Assembly: GCA_965235115.1 (NCBI GenBank) | Contig: OZ249436.1 | Span: 20,958,001-21,022,000 of the forward strand | DNA: 64,000 nt | Origin: Laetmonice hystrix | Lineage: Eukaryota | Direction of reading: 5' to 3' | In this document: one piece after another, positions 1 through 13,478 of the stretch | Position numbering within the stretch: the first letter of the stretch is position 1 | How the letters are laid out: every line of letters starts with the position of its first letter | Position numbers and translations under genes: made by a program | The notes under the pieces: model-generated | Told to the model about the DNA's origin: nothing | The model's database searches: none | The model's input: the letters and a program-made list of their open reading frames with translations, nothing else

Positions 1-2023
1 CTGTAGAAATCAGTGGCGCGGGTTCCGGGCATGCTTGGCGCACGGCCCACGTCACGACCGACCGAGCGGGTTTCCACTCGGTGGGTCGGTCTAACGACGA
101 CAGTCGCCACCACTCCGCCGGCTGGCCACACTTACCTACCGCAAGGGGGCGCTCATGCACGAGGGCCAATCTATCACACCCACCACTGAATTTTGAATTC
201 ATTTCAAAATCAATCGCCTTTGATCAGCGTGTTCACGCCTTGATTTCAGCTCCAGAAGCCACAATTTGACACCAGCAGCTCCAGAAGCCACAATTCGACA
301 CAGTGTCTGACACATTCCTATACTGCAGCGTTCAATCTTGTGTGAAGGGAAAGTCCGTCTCATGAAATATGACCCCCTCGGGTGTGGAAGGAAAGGGGAG
401 CTTGTCACCCCCACCCTTTTAAGGATTTGCGTTCTACATGGAGGATTGCTATTGATACTGGGCTAGCGACTACCAACCCGGTAATGTCGGGGTCATTAGG
501 GCCATCCGTGCCGTTGTGGTTCGCGTAAACATGTAACTTCAAGCGTAGATAACTTGAAGGAACACCAATTAGAATTTATGTAACACATCAGAGAAATCAA
601 AACTGGAGAATCATGTAAAGGCGAAAAGATGTTATCCATCCCAGAACTAACGACTGCGCAGCCTCTGAAGGACCTATTTACTTGGCCCCGTGTCTTGTGT
701 CATACTTGCTGACATTTCCTTTAGAAGCACATCTTCTTCTCGTGGTGGCACATATCCGTCAACATCTTACATGACAGGCAATGCCAGCCCCGTCCGCCTC
801 TTTCCAGGTCCCAAGAGGTCCTCGAACCTGTAAATACTTCCTTTGGATTAGTTCTAAAAGGTGCCGACAGGGTGCACTGACTGCTGGCAGTCCATACACC
901 CCCACAAAAGTACACTCCCATGACAGAGAGGTTTGAAGTATCCCCCGTGTCACTTCGTTTGTTGTGACAGGAAATGGTAGCCAGAAGTAACCCTAACCGA
1001 TGACCTAAAGTATTACCGGAACGGCCTTGTGGCCGACTGTCTTAGGACAAAATACTTTCAGATTACTCTCCCCTGTGGTGGAAAACATTTTCTGCCATTC
1101 TGTTTGACCTCAAGTTGAAATGCAAATCATCACCAGAAGTGTTGACATCGCCTTGATGATAAAACATGACGAGAAAGAACTCTATGAAAGAACATCAAAC
1201 TCCACATGTCAGAAAACAGCTATTTCAGTACAGAGTGAAAATTAAAGGGGCACCGCACGTAACTTCGAAAATAAAACACTTGACTGTCACTGATAGCAAC
1301 CCATTGACATATATATATGTGGATAACTAGGATTCAGGCCGAAGGTATAACATGATAATAGCAGGAGTTTGAATCTGTCTCCTCTCTCTGAAAGTGGCGC
1401 TGCAAGTAACGTAGAACAATATCCCATAATAATACCAAGTTCCGGGGAATCCCATGCTAACTTCCGGTATCTCCCCACCATATTTGTTCATACAATTGCT
1501 TTGTAAATATGCCTCCGAGGAAACCGGCTTTTAAGCGACGAAAATCGATGTATCCAACAGAATCAGCTAAAAAGTTGAAAAGGATAGCGGAAGTAGATCA
1601 TCTGCGCGCGCATATAAGGGAATTCCTCTGTTGACCGGTTATCCAAAATGGCCAAGCGGTTGGAAGATAAGGCATTGGATTACAACGGAGTCAGCTGACC
1701 ATTCTCACATTACATTTGGTTGGTCTCACTTCAATTTATTCGAGTTTTGCATGTGATACTAAGCTGATTCATATGGCAGTGGGTCGATACGTAATACGTA
1801 GCCTTCCATGAAGAAATGTCTACACTACGCTGGTCAAATATCACCCATAGATTGCCTGTCTTCCTATGGGCATGTTTGATGGATATTATGTACGATCGAG
1901 GATACTGGGTTTCGAATGAGAGTCACATTACCATGACAGTTTCTCCCACGTTTCGCGTCAAGTCCATCGTTCCTTCCACTGCTACTAGGTTTACTAGTTT
2001 TTTCAAATTCTTTTTTTTTAAAT

Positions 2024-2893
2024 TAATTGTAGCATGTGTGAAAAGAGACAATAGCATGTATTAGAAGAGACGTTATGAACCGTAGCATGTGTTAGAAGAG
2101 ACATTGTTAGTCGTAGCATGTGTTAGAAGAGACAATAGCATGTGTTAGAAGAGACATTGTTAATCGTAGCATGTGTTAGAAGAGACATTGTTAATTGTAG
2201 CATGTGTTAGAAGAGACGTCAGGAACCGTAGCATGTGTTAGAAGAGACATTGTTAATCGTAGCATGTGTTAGAAGAGACATTGTTAATCGTAGCATGTGT
2301 TAGAAGAGACATTGTTAATCGTAGCATGTGTTAGAAGAGACATTGTTAATCGTAGCATGTGTTAGAAGAGACATTGTTAATCGTAGCATGTGTTAGAAGA
2401 GACATTGTTAATCGTAGCATGTGTTAGAAGAGACATTGTTAATCGTAGCATGTGTTGGAAGAGACATTGTTAATCGTAGCATGTGTTAGAAGAGACATTG
2501 TTAATTGTAGCATGTGTTAGAAGAGACGTCAGGAACCGTAGCATGTGTTAGAAGAGACATTGTTAATCGTAGCATGTGTTAGAAGAGACATTGTTAATCG
2601 TAGCATGTGTTAGAAGAGACATTGTTAGTCGTAGCATGTGTTAGAAGAGACGTCAGGAACCGTAGCATGTGTTGGAAGAGACATTGTTAATCGTAGCATG
2701 TGTTAGAAGAGACATTGTTAATCGTAGCATGTGTTAGAAGAGACGTCAGGAACCGTAGCATGTGTTATAAGAGACATTGTTAGTCGTAGCATGTGTTAGA
2801 AGAGACAATAGCATGTGTTAGAAGAGACATTGTTAATCGTAGCATGTGTTAGAAGAGACATTGTTAGTCGTAGCATGTGTTAGAAGAGACAAT
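2024..2893. repeat. 31-bp minisatellite, ~28 units
   Basis: Core GTAGCATGTGTTAGAAGAGAC followed by ATTGTTAATC (variants ATTGTTAGTC, ATTGTTAATT, GTCAGGAACC, or a short AA form); 31-bp period read directly. Confidence 0.97.
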
Positions 2894-3891
2894 ATGATAA
2901 AACTTTAGTGTCAGTTCTATAAAGTACATCAAACATGAGGAGGTAAGCATACATCTGAACATTCGGATCGACTCCACACGCGAGACAATTCACTTTAACT
3001 TGGAGTCTAGCATTTGTATCTTATTAAATTGCTGTTCACAGATGTCTTACATCCATTTGAAGCAAGAAGGTGCAATGCGATGAAATAGACTGGAAATATG
3101 ACTAGTCGAATAATATTGAATCAAATCTTTCAGATCTAAGTCATACTGCCACGTTACAAAGAGACACCATTAAAGGATGATGATGGCATTTAGATGGAGT
3201 GATTCGTGCAACCTGATTCCTCACCTACCCTGCGGACGTTTGCCAGGGTTGAAACTTCCCGTTCTCTGATGGATCCTATTTTGATTGGATGCTGGCCGTC
3301 CTCTTTCACATTATTTTCTTCGTTGCATTATAGATTGAGGGAGAGACATTTCAAATTCAAGCCCCATGAATACCTGTCTTTCAAGTTTTGTAGCGAATGG
3401 GAATCGAATCGCAAGAAATGGTTTAATGCGCCTCATCTGCCTGCCACTGCGAAGACGTCCATCAAAATCGGGAAAGAAAGGTGTCGACAACTTCAGATCA
3501 AGTATGAACAACCGCCCGTGGTTCGTCTCCCAATCGTGTAATTCTAACCATCAAGTGGGTAACAAATGTAGATCTTTTATGGCTTGACAATACTGCTTTA
3601 TTTGAACTAGTCAATTCTGTCATATTCTACGTGTATTACGGCATCTGGGGTGGAGAGACGACCTATGGCTCGTTTGTTAATTCTATTTACATACGTCACA
3701 GTTAGCATGTAGGCCATATTGTGTCCGCATGTTAATATTTCAACAAGAACAACTTATTTATTAGAGTAACTTTTCTCTTGCACATTTTACTAATTAACAA
3801 GGGGACAGAAATCAAGTATTACATGCAGTAAAATGTTGAATACGTAGTTTATATTTGTGTAATCAGTTGCGATTTGCTACCTTTGCACCAG

Positions 3892-3979
3892 GAGGGTGTT
3901 TCAATAAGAGCGTCGGACCGCCTGCAATCTTTGGTCCGTCGCCGGTCGGACGGTCCGACGCGCTTATTGAAACAACCAA
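3892..3979. mobile_element. 88-bp palindromic MITE, probably PIF/Harbinger type
   Basis: Inverted arms TGTTTCAATAAGAGCGTCGGACCG / CGGTCCGACGCGCTTATTGAAACA; CAG at 3889-3891 and 3980-3982; same N5-TGTTTCA terminal layout as the 3-kb element. Confidence 0.65.
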
Positions 3980-6748
3980 CAGGATGCCCGTCATACTTCA
4001 ATTAAACACTCTCTTTTGACAGGTTTAGTATCAGGTTAGCGTGGGTAATAACACTCACGGGCATGATATCGAATATTCCTTTACCTGTTCATTCTACAGG
4101 TGGTAGCTAACCCGTTGGTCGGGAGGAGGTGTTTTATTAGATGATATTCTGGAAATTAAAACTGGTTTCCACACATCGAGTGGCTGGAATTATTGGTGGT
4201 CGACTCAATCTAGCTTTTATCAAAAGAAACTGCACGTATTTATCTATTAAAATCGAATGTGATTACTTAGTAAGATTTGTCACTTACATGGACAGGTTAC
4301 TGCTTAAGCCAAATGCCAGGCCCACATTAATTACAATCATGTTTCTGGCACAGTTCCTAATCACATGTTATCGACTTCAGTCACTGTAAAACCCGAGTGC
4401 TTAATGTTAGTCTTTACAAGGATCGTTACGTATACCTACTAGGATCAGGGCCGTCTAGTTGAGCTCATATCGTCAACTATAGTTATGGTTGCCAGTGTCT
4501 AGTCCAGATCATGTCTGTGATTAGTGCACTGTACGAGAGATGTGGTAACCTTTATTAGACTACCAAGCGCTCATATTGAAGCCATCAACTGTAATTATGA
4601 AGATCTAATGCCCAGAAAGATGTGTTCGGCTGAGATGGCTGTAATGGACTTCCGTCATCAACTGTGTGGTTTACGACTGGCTGCTCCGATGGCGGCGAAG
4701 AGCAAAATGCAATATGGAGATGAGATTGCCAACCGCAGGAATAACACGTTTTACCTCATTGATCCATTTCTATATGGCAGACCTACTGCTTTTAGAACGT
4801 TACTCTTGCTGAAGGGTATTACGGATTTGGTGGCCTTCTTTTAGTGGTGGATTGGTGTGATGGCAGGTCGACAAAAACATCAAATATTAACCGTCCCTTG
4901 AGGAGCCTGTAGAATAAATAGTAGGCCCCCACTGAACTTTTTTCTAGTTTTCACCATGTTTTGTGGTGAAGATGGCCTTAGTTGCTGACACAGCGTGAAA
5001 CCACCAACTTTCATTCTCATTCTGTCTAAAATATCAGTCATAGTCACGTCATGGCTTATATAGATTATCTGCCTGGGCTTTGCATTGACAGGGGAAATAT
5101 ACAAGTCTGAACATATCCAGTACAGACTATGCTTACACTTGCTTTCTTAATCGGGCGTCAATGATATATAACAATACGTATATGGCAAATAGACCGCACA
5201 TAAGCAAAACTGGCTTTGTTAATATCAAGATCGTAGAATAACAGAACCTCAATATTTGCTTCAATTGAACCAATGGTGAGAATAAACAACATCGGAAAAG
5301 GACCCTGGCCAAGGCCAGTCAGACGTCCTGTGAGATCAAAAACCATCTAACCCCATGTCATTGGGTTTCTAATGGAGTCGCTGTGCCGAAAAGGGACGGC
5401 ATCACGCCCGGATCCCAAGATTTCAATCCATCTTTTATTTGATCAAAGAAAGAGGCGATCAAAACAACCAGAGAATGGATGGGATTACAAGTATGGATGT
5501 CCACGGGAAAACCCGGGCACGTCCCCTAGGGAAACCCATGCATGCGCATCGCTCTATAGTCAGTGAGTCTGATGGAAGGATTCAGAAAACATTATATCTC
5601 TCCCCACCCCACTTATTTCCTAATGAAAAAACAGTTTCGACACATTACCCGTACGGTTCTCGGAGCATACGTCGGGTGAGTGAGGAGTGGGGTGAGACAG
5701 GGCTTAGAGATACCACATACTGGTGAGCGATGTATCCATCTGTGTGGAGATCCACACTGAACGCAAAGACACGCCCTGATAAAGCGATGTGGCTTCCAGC
5801 AACGGAGACAAACGACAGACTTTTCAAGTAGTTCGTCAATCTACTTTACACACCAATTGTGAACAGTCCTTTTTGAATGTCACTCTAAGAAAAAGTAATC
5901 TGAGTGCGGAATTCATAGCCGAACACATTATTTGAAGGCTGAAAGGTTTCGACAAGAGACAAACTGGAGAAGATCGGGGGAGCATGCTGTGATGTCACCG
6001 ACATTAAATCTTGGCTGTTTCTTCACGTCAACTTGCTATTGAACCACACTGGTGGGAGGAAGTCGTTATTAGATATTCTAAATAGGCGGGAATGCATTGA
6101 GGAGTTGACATTATGAAGTCTTTGAAAATGAATTAAAGCAAATTGAAAGAGAATTCATGTATGAATGGAAGACGGATTGATTGGGCAAAATGTTGTCTAT
6201 GACGGCATCCCCAAAAACTTTGAAAATAAGGCAATTATTCTGGGAAAGATTTCAATGAAACGATCTGTATGAGGTCTTTCATTCCGTTTATTCTTATACA
6301 GTACCTTTGTAACATCCTGTCTGTTCTACCAGACAGATATTACCAGGTATAGTGACAGATGACAACATCAGGCGACACGTCAGACATCCACTGTGCTGAC
6401 TTACATCAAATAAGACAAGGATTGTGTCTGTAACAATCGGAAACTCTCGTCCAATGATTCTAGAAAGACCGTCTACACAATCTGAGAGTTGTCTCGGCTC
6501 AATAAAATGACATATTGTATCAGAGTAAAGGGCAATGGCTTCAAGAATTTAAAATAAGTCTTATTGTTATTGTATAGGATGAATTATTTAATTCGTTCCA
6601 ATGAAATCATTTGGTTTCGCTTAACGTATTTCGTTTCCTTTCACTCTTTTCGTGGGAACGAAATGATATGTTGGCTTGATTTAGATGAAATGTAACAACG
6701 TTTTCTTTTTTTCTCGCACAAGTTCTCTTCGGCGTCCGATCGGATACT

Positions 6749-7436
6749 CGTATGAGTGGAGTATTAAGTGACAGTTGGAGTTTTGTCAACAGGACCACCT
6801 ATCGTATGAGTGGAGTATTAAGTGAGAGTTGGAGGTTGGTCAACAGGACCACCTATCGTATGAGTGGAGTATTAAGTGAGAGTTGGAGGTTTGTCAACAG
6901 GACCACCTGTCGTATAAGTGGAGTATTAAGTGACAGTTGGAGGTTGGTCAACAGGGCCACCTATCGTATGAGTGGAGTATTAAGTGAGAATTGGAGGTTT
7001 GTCAACAGGACCGCCTATCGTATAAGTGGAGTATTAAGTGACAGTTGGAGGTTGGTCAACAGGACCACCTATCGTATGAGTGGAGTATTAAGTGAGAGTT
7101 GGAGGTTTGTCAACAGGGCCACCTATCGTATGAGTGGAGTATTAAGTGAGAGTTGGAGGTTTGTCAACAGGGCCACCTATCGTATGAGTGGAGTATTAAG
7201 TGAGAGTTGGAGGTTTGTCAACAGGACCACCTATCGTATGAGTGGAGTATTAAGTGAGAGTTGGAGGTTTGTCAACAGGACCACCTATCGTATGAGTGGA
7301 GTATTAAGTGAGAGTTGGAGGTTTGTCAACAGGACCACCTATCGTATGAGTGGAGTATTAAGTGAGAGTTGGAGGTTTGTCAACAGGACCACCTATCGTA
7401 TGAGTGGAGTATTAAGTGAGAGTTGGAGGTTTGTCC
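6749..7436. repeat. 54-bp minisatellite, ~13 units
   Basis: Unit TCGTATGAGTGGAGTATTAAGTGAGAGTTGGAGGTTTGTCAACAGGACCACCTA; ATGs at 6752 and 6806 are 54 bp apart. Confidence 0.97.
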
Positions 7437-7534
7437 ACCAATCTTAAACCACTTGTAATAATATCAACCTGAATAGCTTTCCTTGAATGGTTGTATAAAT
7501 TGGTGAACAATTTACTAATGGGGTAAAGCCATTA

Positions 7535-7793
7535 AGGGGCGGACCATTTTGATACCGGGGCTATAGTTTTTCTTCACACAAAAAAACTTTTTTTTGCTTC
7601 TAGGCCAAACCTGTCTTTCGTTATCGCTATGACCATTAAACTATTTTTTTCTCATTTCGACTATATATTTTGTTACATATGGAACAAACTATTTTTTAGA
7701 TTAAAGTAGATTGATGACAAGACTATTTTTCCCTGTGTCTGGTGAACAGATTTTTGTTTTTAAACCATAGCCCCCCCCCCCCCCCCCGCCCCT
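7535..7793. mobile_element. degenerate MITE-like element
   Basis: Left AGGGGCGG...GGGGCTATAGTTT is imperfectly inverted at right AAACCATAG(C)n-GCCCCT; T-rich interior. Confidence 0.4.
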
Positions 7794-8339
7794 GAAACGT
7801 TTGCTGCTAGATGCCCCAGTGTAAGAAACCGGATCCCACCTTCCTCAGAAGGACTTCGTTGGAAGTCCGTTTTAAGTCAGGATATCGTTCTGTGGACGCC
7901 TGAATTCACATGTATTTGGAACGTCCCTTTGATTTGTATGTGTGGTACATTATACAACAGGCACACCGTATCTTGGTTCATGGCTCGATGACCGTAAAGT
8001 TAATTCAGGCGAATGGTCCAAAATTCGATCCGGACCGATTTCCTTTGGAGGATCCATTCGGAGCTGCACATAGTCTTGATGGACTAAAGGATGCCGATCT
8101 GTTAGTTAATAATCCAGCGTCATGAAGCAATGCCCCCCCCCTCCAATGTCAATTTAGAGAGACGCGTGACGTCCCAAGACGCACTCCGCGAGTCTCTGGT
8201 CACCTGAGGTGAACCCGAATAACACGGAGAAATCAACGAAATCACATCACAAATATTACCATTATACGTTTAAGACAGTGCTCATCTTTCTTCTAAAATG
8301 TAAAGACACCGTACGGCAAATTTTCAGGACACAATACGT

Positions 8340-8504
8340 CAGGGGTGGATACAGGACTTTTGTAAGGGGGGTTAGGGGAAGACTTTCCTTGGGGGGGGGG
8401 GGGGGGTTCAGCATGGTCAATTCAGAAAGTTTCATGGGGAAAAAAGAAAAATTGGTTGCCAAAGGTTGGGGTTTAAAACCCCTAGCCCCCTGGATCCGCC
8501 ACTA
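8340..8504. mobile_element. short GC-rich TIR MITE (hAT-like termini)
   Basis: CAGGGGTGGATACAGG ... CCTGGATCCGCCACT imperfect TIRs; interior similar to the reverse complement of 52388-52534; no clean TSD. Confidence 0.55.
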
Positions 8505-9488
8505 CATGTAAATATCGCACAGTGAATCTCCGGCTTTGGTGTAATCCCTATGAACGAGAAGGCTATGACCCTAATAACTGTTTGGATACAAAGTGCTACA
8601 TTCTATAGCGGTGTTTGTGCCGAGCTGTATTGATCCCTATCGGGCACCATCTATTGACATCGCGTGGATGACAGAATCCCTCAAACATCCTTTCGGTCAT
8701 ACCCGCCACCGACAAAATTATTTCTCCCCTAAAGGAATCGACAAATGTGTCTATAGATCATCTCGGCTGAGAGTGAGGATGTTTCCGTCACACCTGCACC
8801 TCAATAAAGGCTGTCCACGGCCCACAGTCGACAACAGGTTCCATATCTCATCGCCACAACACTGCTGAATACATCTCGCAATCTTTTCCCACCTTATAAT
8901 TTCACGCGAACTTTTTTTTCATGCCTAACAAAAATGGCGCAATCTGTGCCGAAAAAATTCAGTCACAGAAATGACATAGCATTTCCTTGAAAAGGGATTT
9001 CATCCATTTCTCAATTTCATAATATTTCTCACACGAGGACCTTCACGAATGTTACCGGTCACGAACTTGTGGCGGTCGTATGATCAGCATATTGATCTTG
9101 ATTCTTCGTCTCTTTGGAAATGTTGGTTAGTGCGATATAAAACTGTTTGCCGGGAGGTATTGAGCGGTTCGCAAACGATTGCCGCCAAATGTATACATTT
9201 CTACCCTGATTCTATCTGCCAACGACCTCCCAAAGCTAGGGGTCCTCAGTCATTATATTTCCTTGTTGCATTCAGCGGAAAGGTCATCGTGGCAAACCGT
9301 CCACGAATGTTTTGTATCAGGTACCACCAGGATGCCCGTGAATTGTTATGTAGGTGAGAGGCAAGCTGCCTACATCGGTGACTATCGCCTCAAGAAGTAT
9401 GCCAATTTATGTAGCATAAAGCAGGCCACACATTATGGCAAATATTCTATACATTCATAAAGGGGTTTTGGGAGTGTTATTAATATGA

Positions 9489-9638
9489 CAGGGCCGTAGC
9501 CTGGCCCAAATACGTGGTAGCGCGACATTGCGCCGGTCGAGCTGGCCCGGGGTGTGGGTTAACAAAAACACACACACAAAAAACTGTAAATCCCAGGGGG
9601 AGCTGCCTCCTGCCCCCCCCCCCCAGGCTACGGCCCCG
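9489..9638. mobile_element. 150-bp MITE with 7-bp target-site duplication
   Basis: TIR CAGGGCCGTAGCCTGG / CCAGGCTACGGCCCCG; AATATGA directly repeated at 9482-9488 and 9639-9645; the same left terminus recurs at ~62175. Confidence 0.75.
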
Positions 9639-9887
9639 AATATGATAAGCAAACTTTAACAATAACAGTCCTGCAGTGAGAGAATCCCAGCAGTTTGAGA
9701 GAAAAGGTGAGGGTTATAAAAGGCAAAGTATTGCTCTGCTACTGGAACCAGGTCGAGTACGTCCTCGGAACACCCCCTCCAGCGGTTCAAGAGCTGTTTA
9801 CATTACTATTTCGTCGTCGCTACTAAAAAAAGGAAAAAGGGTGCTATACTTGAACTGTGTGGGTGGATGCCTGAGGCGCTACTGACC

Positions 9888-9890
<3 letters not shown>

Positions 9891-9924
<34 letters not shown>

Positions 9925-9952
9925 GAGAGAGCGAGTGAGAGAGAGAGTGAGT

Positions 9953-9994
<42 letters not shown>

Positions 9995-10006
9995 GTGAGA
10001 GAGAGT

Positions 10007-10038
<32 letters not shown>
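9891..10038. repeat. (GA)n microsatellite
   Basis: Interrupted GA dinucleotide run. Confidence 0.97.
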
Positions 10039-10047
<9 letters not shown>

Positions 10048-11983
10048 ATCCGGCCTTCCCTCACCGACCCCCTCGTCCTGCAGGCCGTGTTTACCTGGCT
10101 GATATTACGTGAAGATTACAATTTCAAATTCAAGTAATATACAGAATTTATGACGTGCAATTTGAGAATTGTATAAAAACGTTTGAATAACATCCTGATC
10201 CAACCACGGCAGGTGGTGTCATCTTGTATTTGGCATCCCAATTAGAATTATGGCTGCAATAAGAGAAAATTGTGTAAATTGATATTATCTCGGTTCATAT
10301 ATCGCGTTGTCATTCATGGTGTTTGTGTTTTGTTCACGTAGAATATCTCTGCCATTCAAAATGTGCTCTTTTCGCTAAACTATGGGCGGTTATCTTTGCG
10401 CTGGATGTGGGTGACACAAACGGTTGGCATGGCATTGACAAAGAGCATATTGATTGGATTAAGTGATTGAAATAAAAACCAGGGCCGTATTGCGACGAGT
10501 AGACGTCTAAGTGATGGACATGATGCACGAGCACGATAGTGGTAGGATAGAAGAAGTTAGGTTTGGTGAAACCGACGAGTCGAGGCACGGGTCAGCTGCT
10601 GGCTTACCGGCTTGGAGGCGTCACTTAGCGTCTATGGCGTCACCTCTTGTTTTCTAACCCCTCTCAGTGTATACATAGATGTTATTGGGCAGAGGCGTGG
10701 CTCGGCATGGATGGCACGTGCCGGCCACGTGTCCCGAATCGCCTTTCAGTCTTGAAAAATCAGAATCAATTGGAAATCGTGATCTTTTGCCTAATGTAGA
10801 ATTGCGCCATAATGCATGTGAGATGACGCTTAATTATGGATCCCAGGTGGCCAGCTAGTGACGCTAGTGACGCTAGTCGATGAAGGTAATACGATGGAAA
10901 GTCTATATACTGGTTCACTTTCCATGGTCAACAGAAATTCGCAAATTAAGTTTCGTTGTGTTAGACCCGAGAATTAAAGACAACAGTAACATTAGATCAA
11001 GTTCAATCTGCAGACTGGAACTGGGCCTAAGTCCTTATCTAATGATTACTTACTACTACTACCGTGCCGGTGGGCAGGCCTTGCCATGGTAGAGATGGGT
11101 TGGTGGCAGACATTAATTACGGGGAGAGAGACACAAACATTTAACTCCCAATGGTGTGATTCGGGCTCACGCTTGGTCAATTTCGAAAGGACGTAGGCTC
11201 CCTACACGTGCTGGAAAACGCACCCTTTCCGCCATTTTGCAAGTTTCCGTTAATATTTTTGGGAGATCTTAGAATCTATAGAATTTATATTTGTTTTAGC
11301 GTTCAAATGTCGATCAGTGCTTGTGAAGGTTTTACCACCTGAGGCAAATTGTTAGCCGTTCGTAGATTTGCATTTGACTCACTGTGCACAGCGTCACACA
11401 ACACGTCATCGTAGCCATCAAAGAGATAATATGTTCACACAGTGGAACATGATTGTGAGCTTCCAATCTCACGATTGGATGATGTGAGTGAAAGCGGCAT
11501 CCAATCATGCACGGGTCAGGTCATGTCCAGTGCCTTCACCACAAAAGTCCACTTAAGTGAATCGTGGAATTAGCGCTGTCTTTGATTGCGTTGGCGTCTT
11601 CACTGATTGCAGGGAGTGAACCAGTCGTGGCTTTCCCTATGTGATGCTCGTAAAGCTTTTGACCGCCAACCGTGGAAGAATAGTCCCTAAAGACCCTAGC
11701 TGCCGCCTCTGTCCCACCCTTGGCTTTATACATTAGACCGTGGAGGACTTGAATCGGCATGTGTCCTGTTCGGAGTGGGATATACGGTTCATCGATAGGT
11801 AAACACTGAACCTTTCACATCAGAGTCAGCCAGAAATAGACCTTTCTGGATGTCTTTGAAACAGCAGGGTGCCAAGCAGTAAGTGAAGGTCAGTACCCGC
11901 TAACAACACTCTACTTGAAGTACGTCACTCTCCATTCATTGACACAACATTGTAAAATCTTTTGAAACACTCGGATAAAGCCT

Positions 11984-12049
11984 GAGGGAGAAAGAGAAGG
12001 TGGAGAGAGAGAGAGAGAGAGAGAGAGATTGAGGGAGAGAGACAGAGAC

Positions 12050-12081
<32 letters not shown>

Positions 12082-12210
12082 GGGGACAGACACAGACATA
12101 GAGAGAGGGGGAGAGAGAGAGTGGAAGAGAGAGAGGGAGAGACACAGACAGAGAGAGAGGGAGGGAGAGAGGGGGACAGCCACAGACAGAGAGAGAGAGG
12201 GGGAGAGAGA

Positions 12211-12250
<40 letters not shown>
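11984..12250. repeat. (GA)n-rich compound microsatellite
   Basis: GA/GACA/GGGA runs. Confidence 0.97.
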
Positions 12251-12257
<7 letters not shown>

Positions 12258-12998
12258 CAGAGCTGAAGTCACTATAAATGTCAAATTTGATTTAGATTAA
12301 ACAATGCTTTCAGCAACACCGCTAAGAAAGCTACAGTGCCGAAGCGATTCCTTTATCCAACTGCACGGTGATGCTAACTAAATGAGACATCTTGCATTAG
12401 TGGATGGGAGAACGCCTCAGGGATCACAAACTCGGGTCTCTCGCCCTCTTCATTTACCTATTTTACTTGTCAAATCCCATAGTTGCGATACATTTCTTGT
12501 CATTCTGGTAACACTACGACTAATGGAGCTTTCGCGGCTGCCCGCGGGACATAGGTTTAATAATAGAAGGATTATGTGATAATACTGCAATGACCCCTTC
12601 TTACTATTCTTGAGTATCACTTATCACAGAAAGTTCTAGAAGTGGAATTAAAATTACTCCAGGCCACATATGGGAAGGTCGAATCACTCTCCAGTTCTCT
12701 GAAATCAATTTACTGCCAGGGCTTCGTTGTCGCCATTGGCAAACATTCCAGTATAATATGTAGTTTATTCCTACGGTACGGTGGAATTCTCATTTAATTA
12801 AGATGTTTCCTTTAAGACGCACTTCTTTGGCCCTCAGAGAAATCTCCACCTAAACGCTCTATATAATGGTCAATGGTCCTCATGTCGTGGTTTTAGAAGC
12901 CCGCTCTTCCATAATATGTCGGATAACATACAAATAGTGTGTGAGGACAATACAGAATGGTCTTTCTCTGCAGTATGTTCTGTTCAGTTGTCGAGTAG

Positions 12999-13478
12999 GT
13001 CCAAGGTAGCGCCGTGTATTTACATATTGGGGGAGATCCAAGGTAGCGCCGTGTATTTACGTATTGGGGGAGATCCAAGGTAGCGCCGTGTATTTACGTA
13101 TTGGGGGAGATCCAAGGTAGCGCCGTGTATTTACGTATTGGGGGAGATCCAAGGTAGCGCCGTGTATTTACGTATTGGGGGAGATCCAAAGTAGCGCCGT
13201 GTATTTACGTATTGGGGGAGATCCAAGGTAGCGCCGTGTATTTACGTATTGGGGGAGATCCAAGGTAGCGCCGTGTATTTACGTATTGGGGGAGATCCAA
13301 GGTAGCGCCGTGTATTTACGTATATTGGGGGAGATCCAAGGTAGCGCCGTGTATTTACGTATTGGGGGAGATGTAGCGCCGTGTATTTACGTATTGGGGG
13401 AGATCCAAGGTAGCGCCGTGTATTTACGTATTGGGGGAGATCCAAGGTAGCGCCGTGTATTTACGTATCGGGTGAGAT
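12999..13478. repeat. 37-bp minisatellite, ~13 units
   Basis: Unit CCAAGGTAGCGCCGTGTATTTACGTATTGGGGGAGAT; GATCC at 13035 and 13072. Confidence 0.97.

Noticed and set aside
2024..2893. CRISPR-like repeat-spacer array
   Set aside because: The 'spacers' are 10 bp and reused, there are no cas genes, and the context is a eukaryotic intron.
6752..7447. 231-aa ORF of MSGVLSESWRFVNRTTYR repeats
   Set aside because: Coincides exactly with a 54-bp minisatellite whose unit is a stop-free multiple of three; no unique domain.
11911..12284. SLSL/ERER low-complexity ORFs (also 9879-10064)
   Set aside because: Translations of (GA)n microsatellites.
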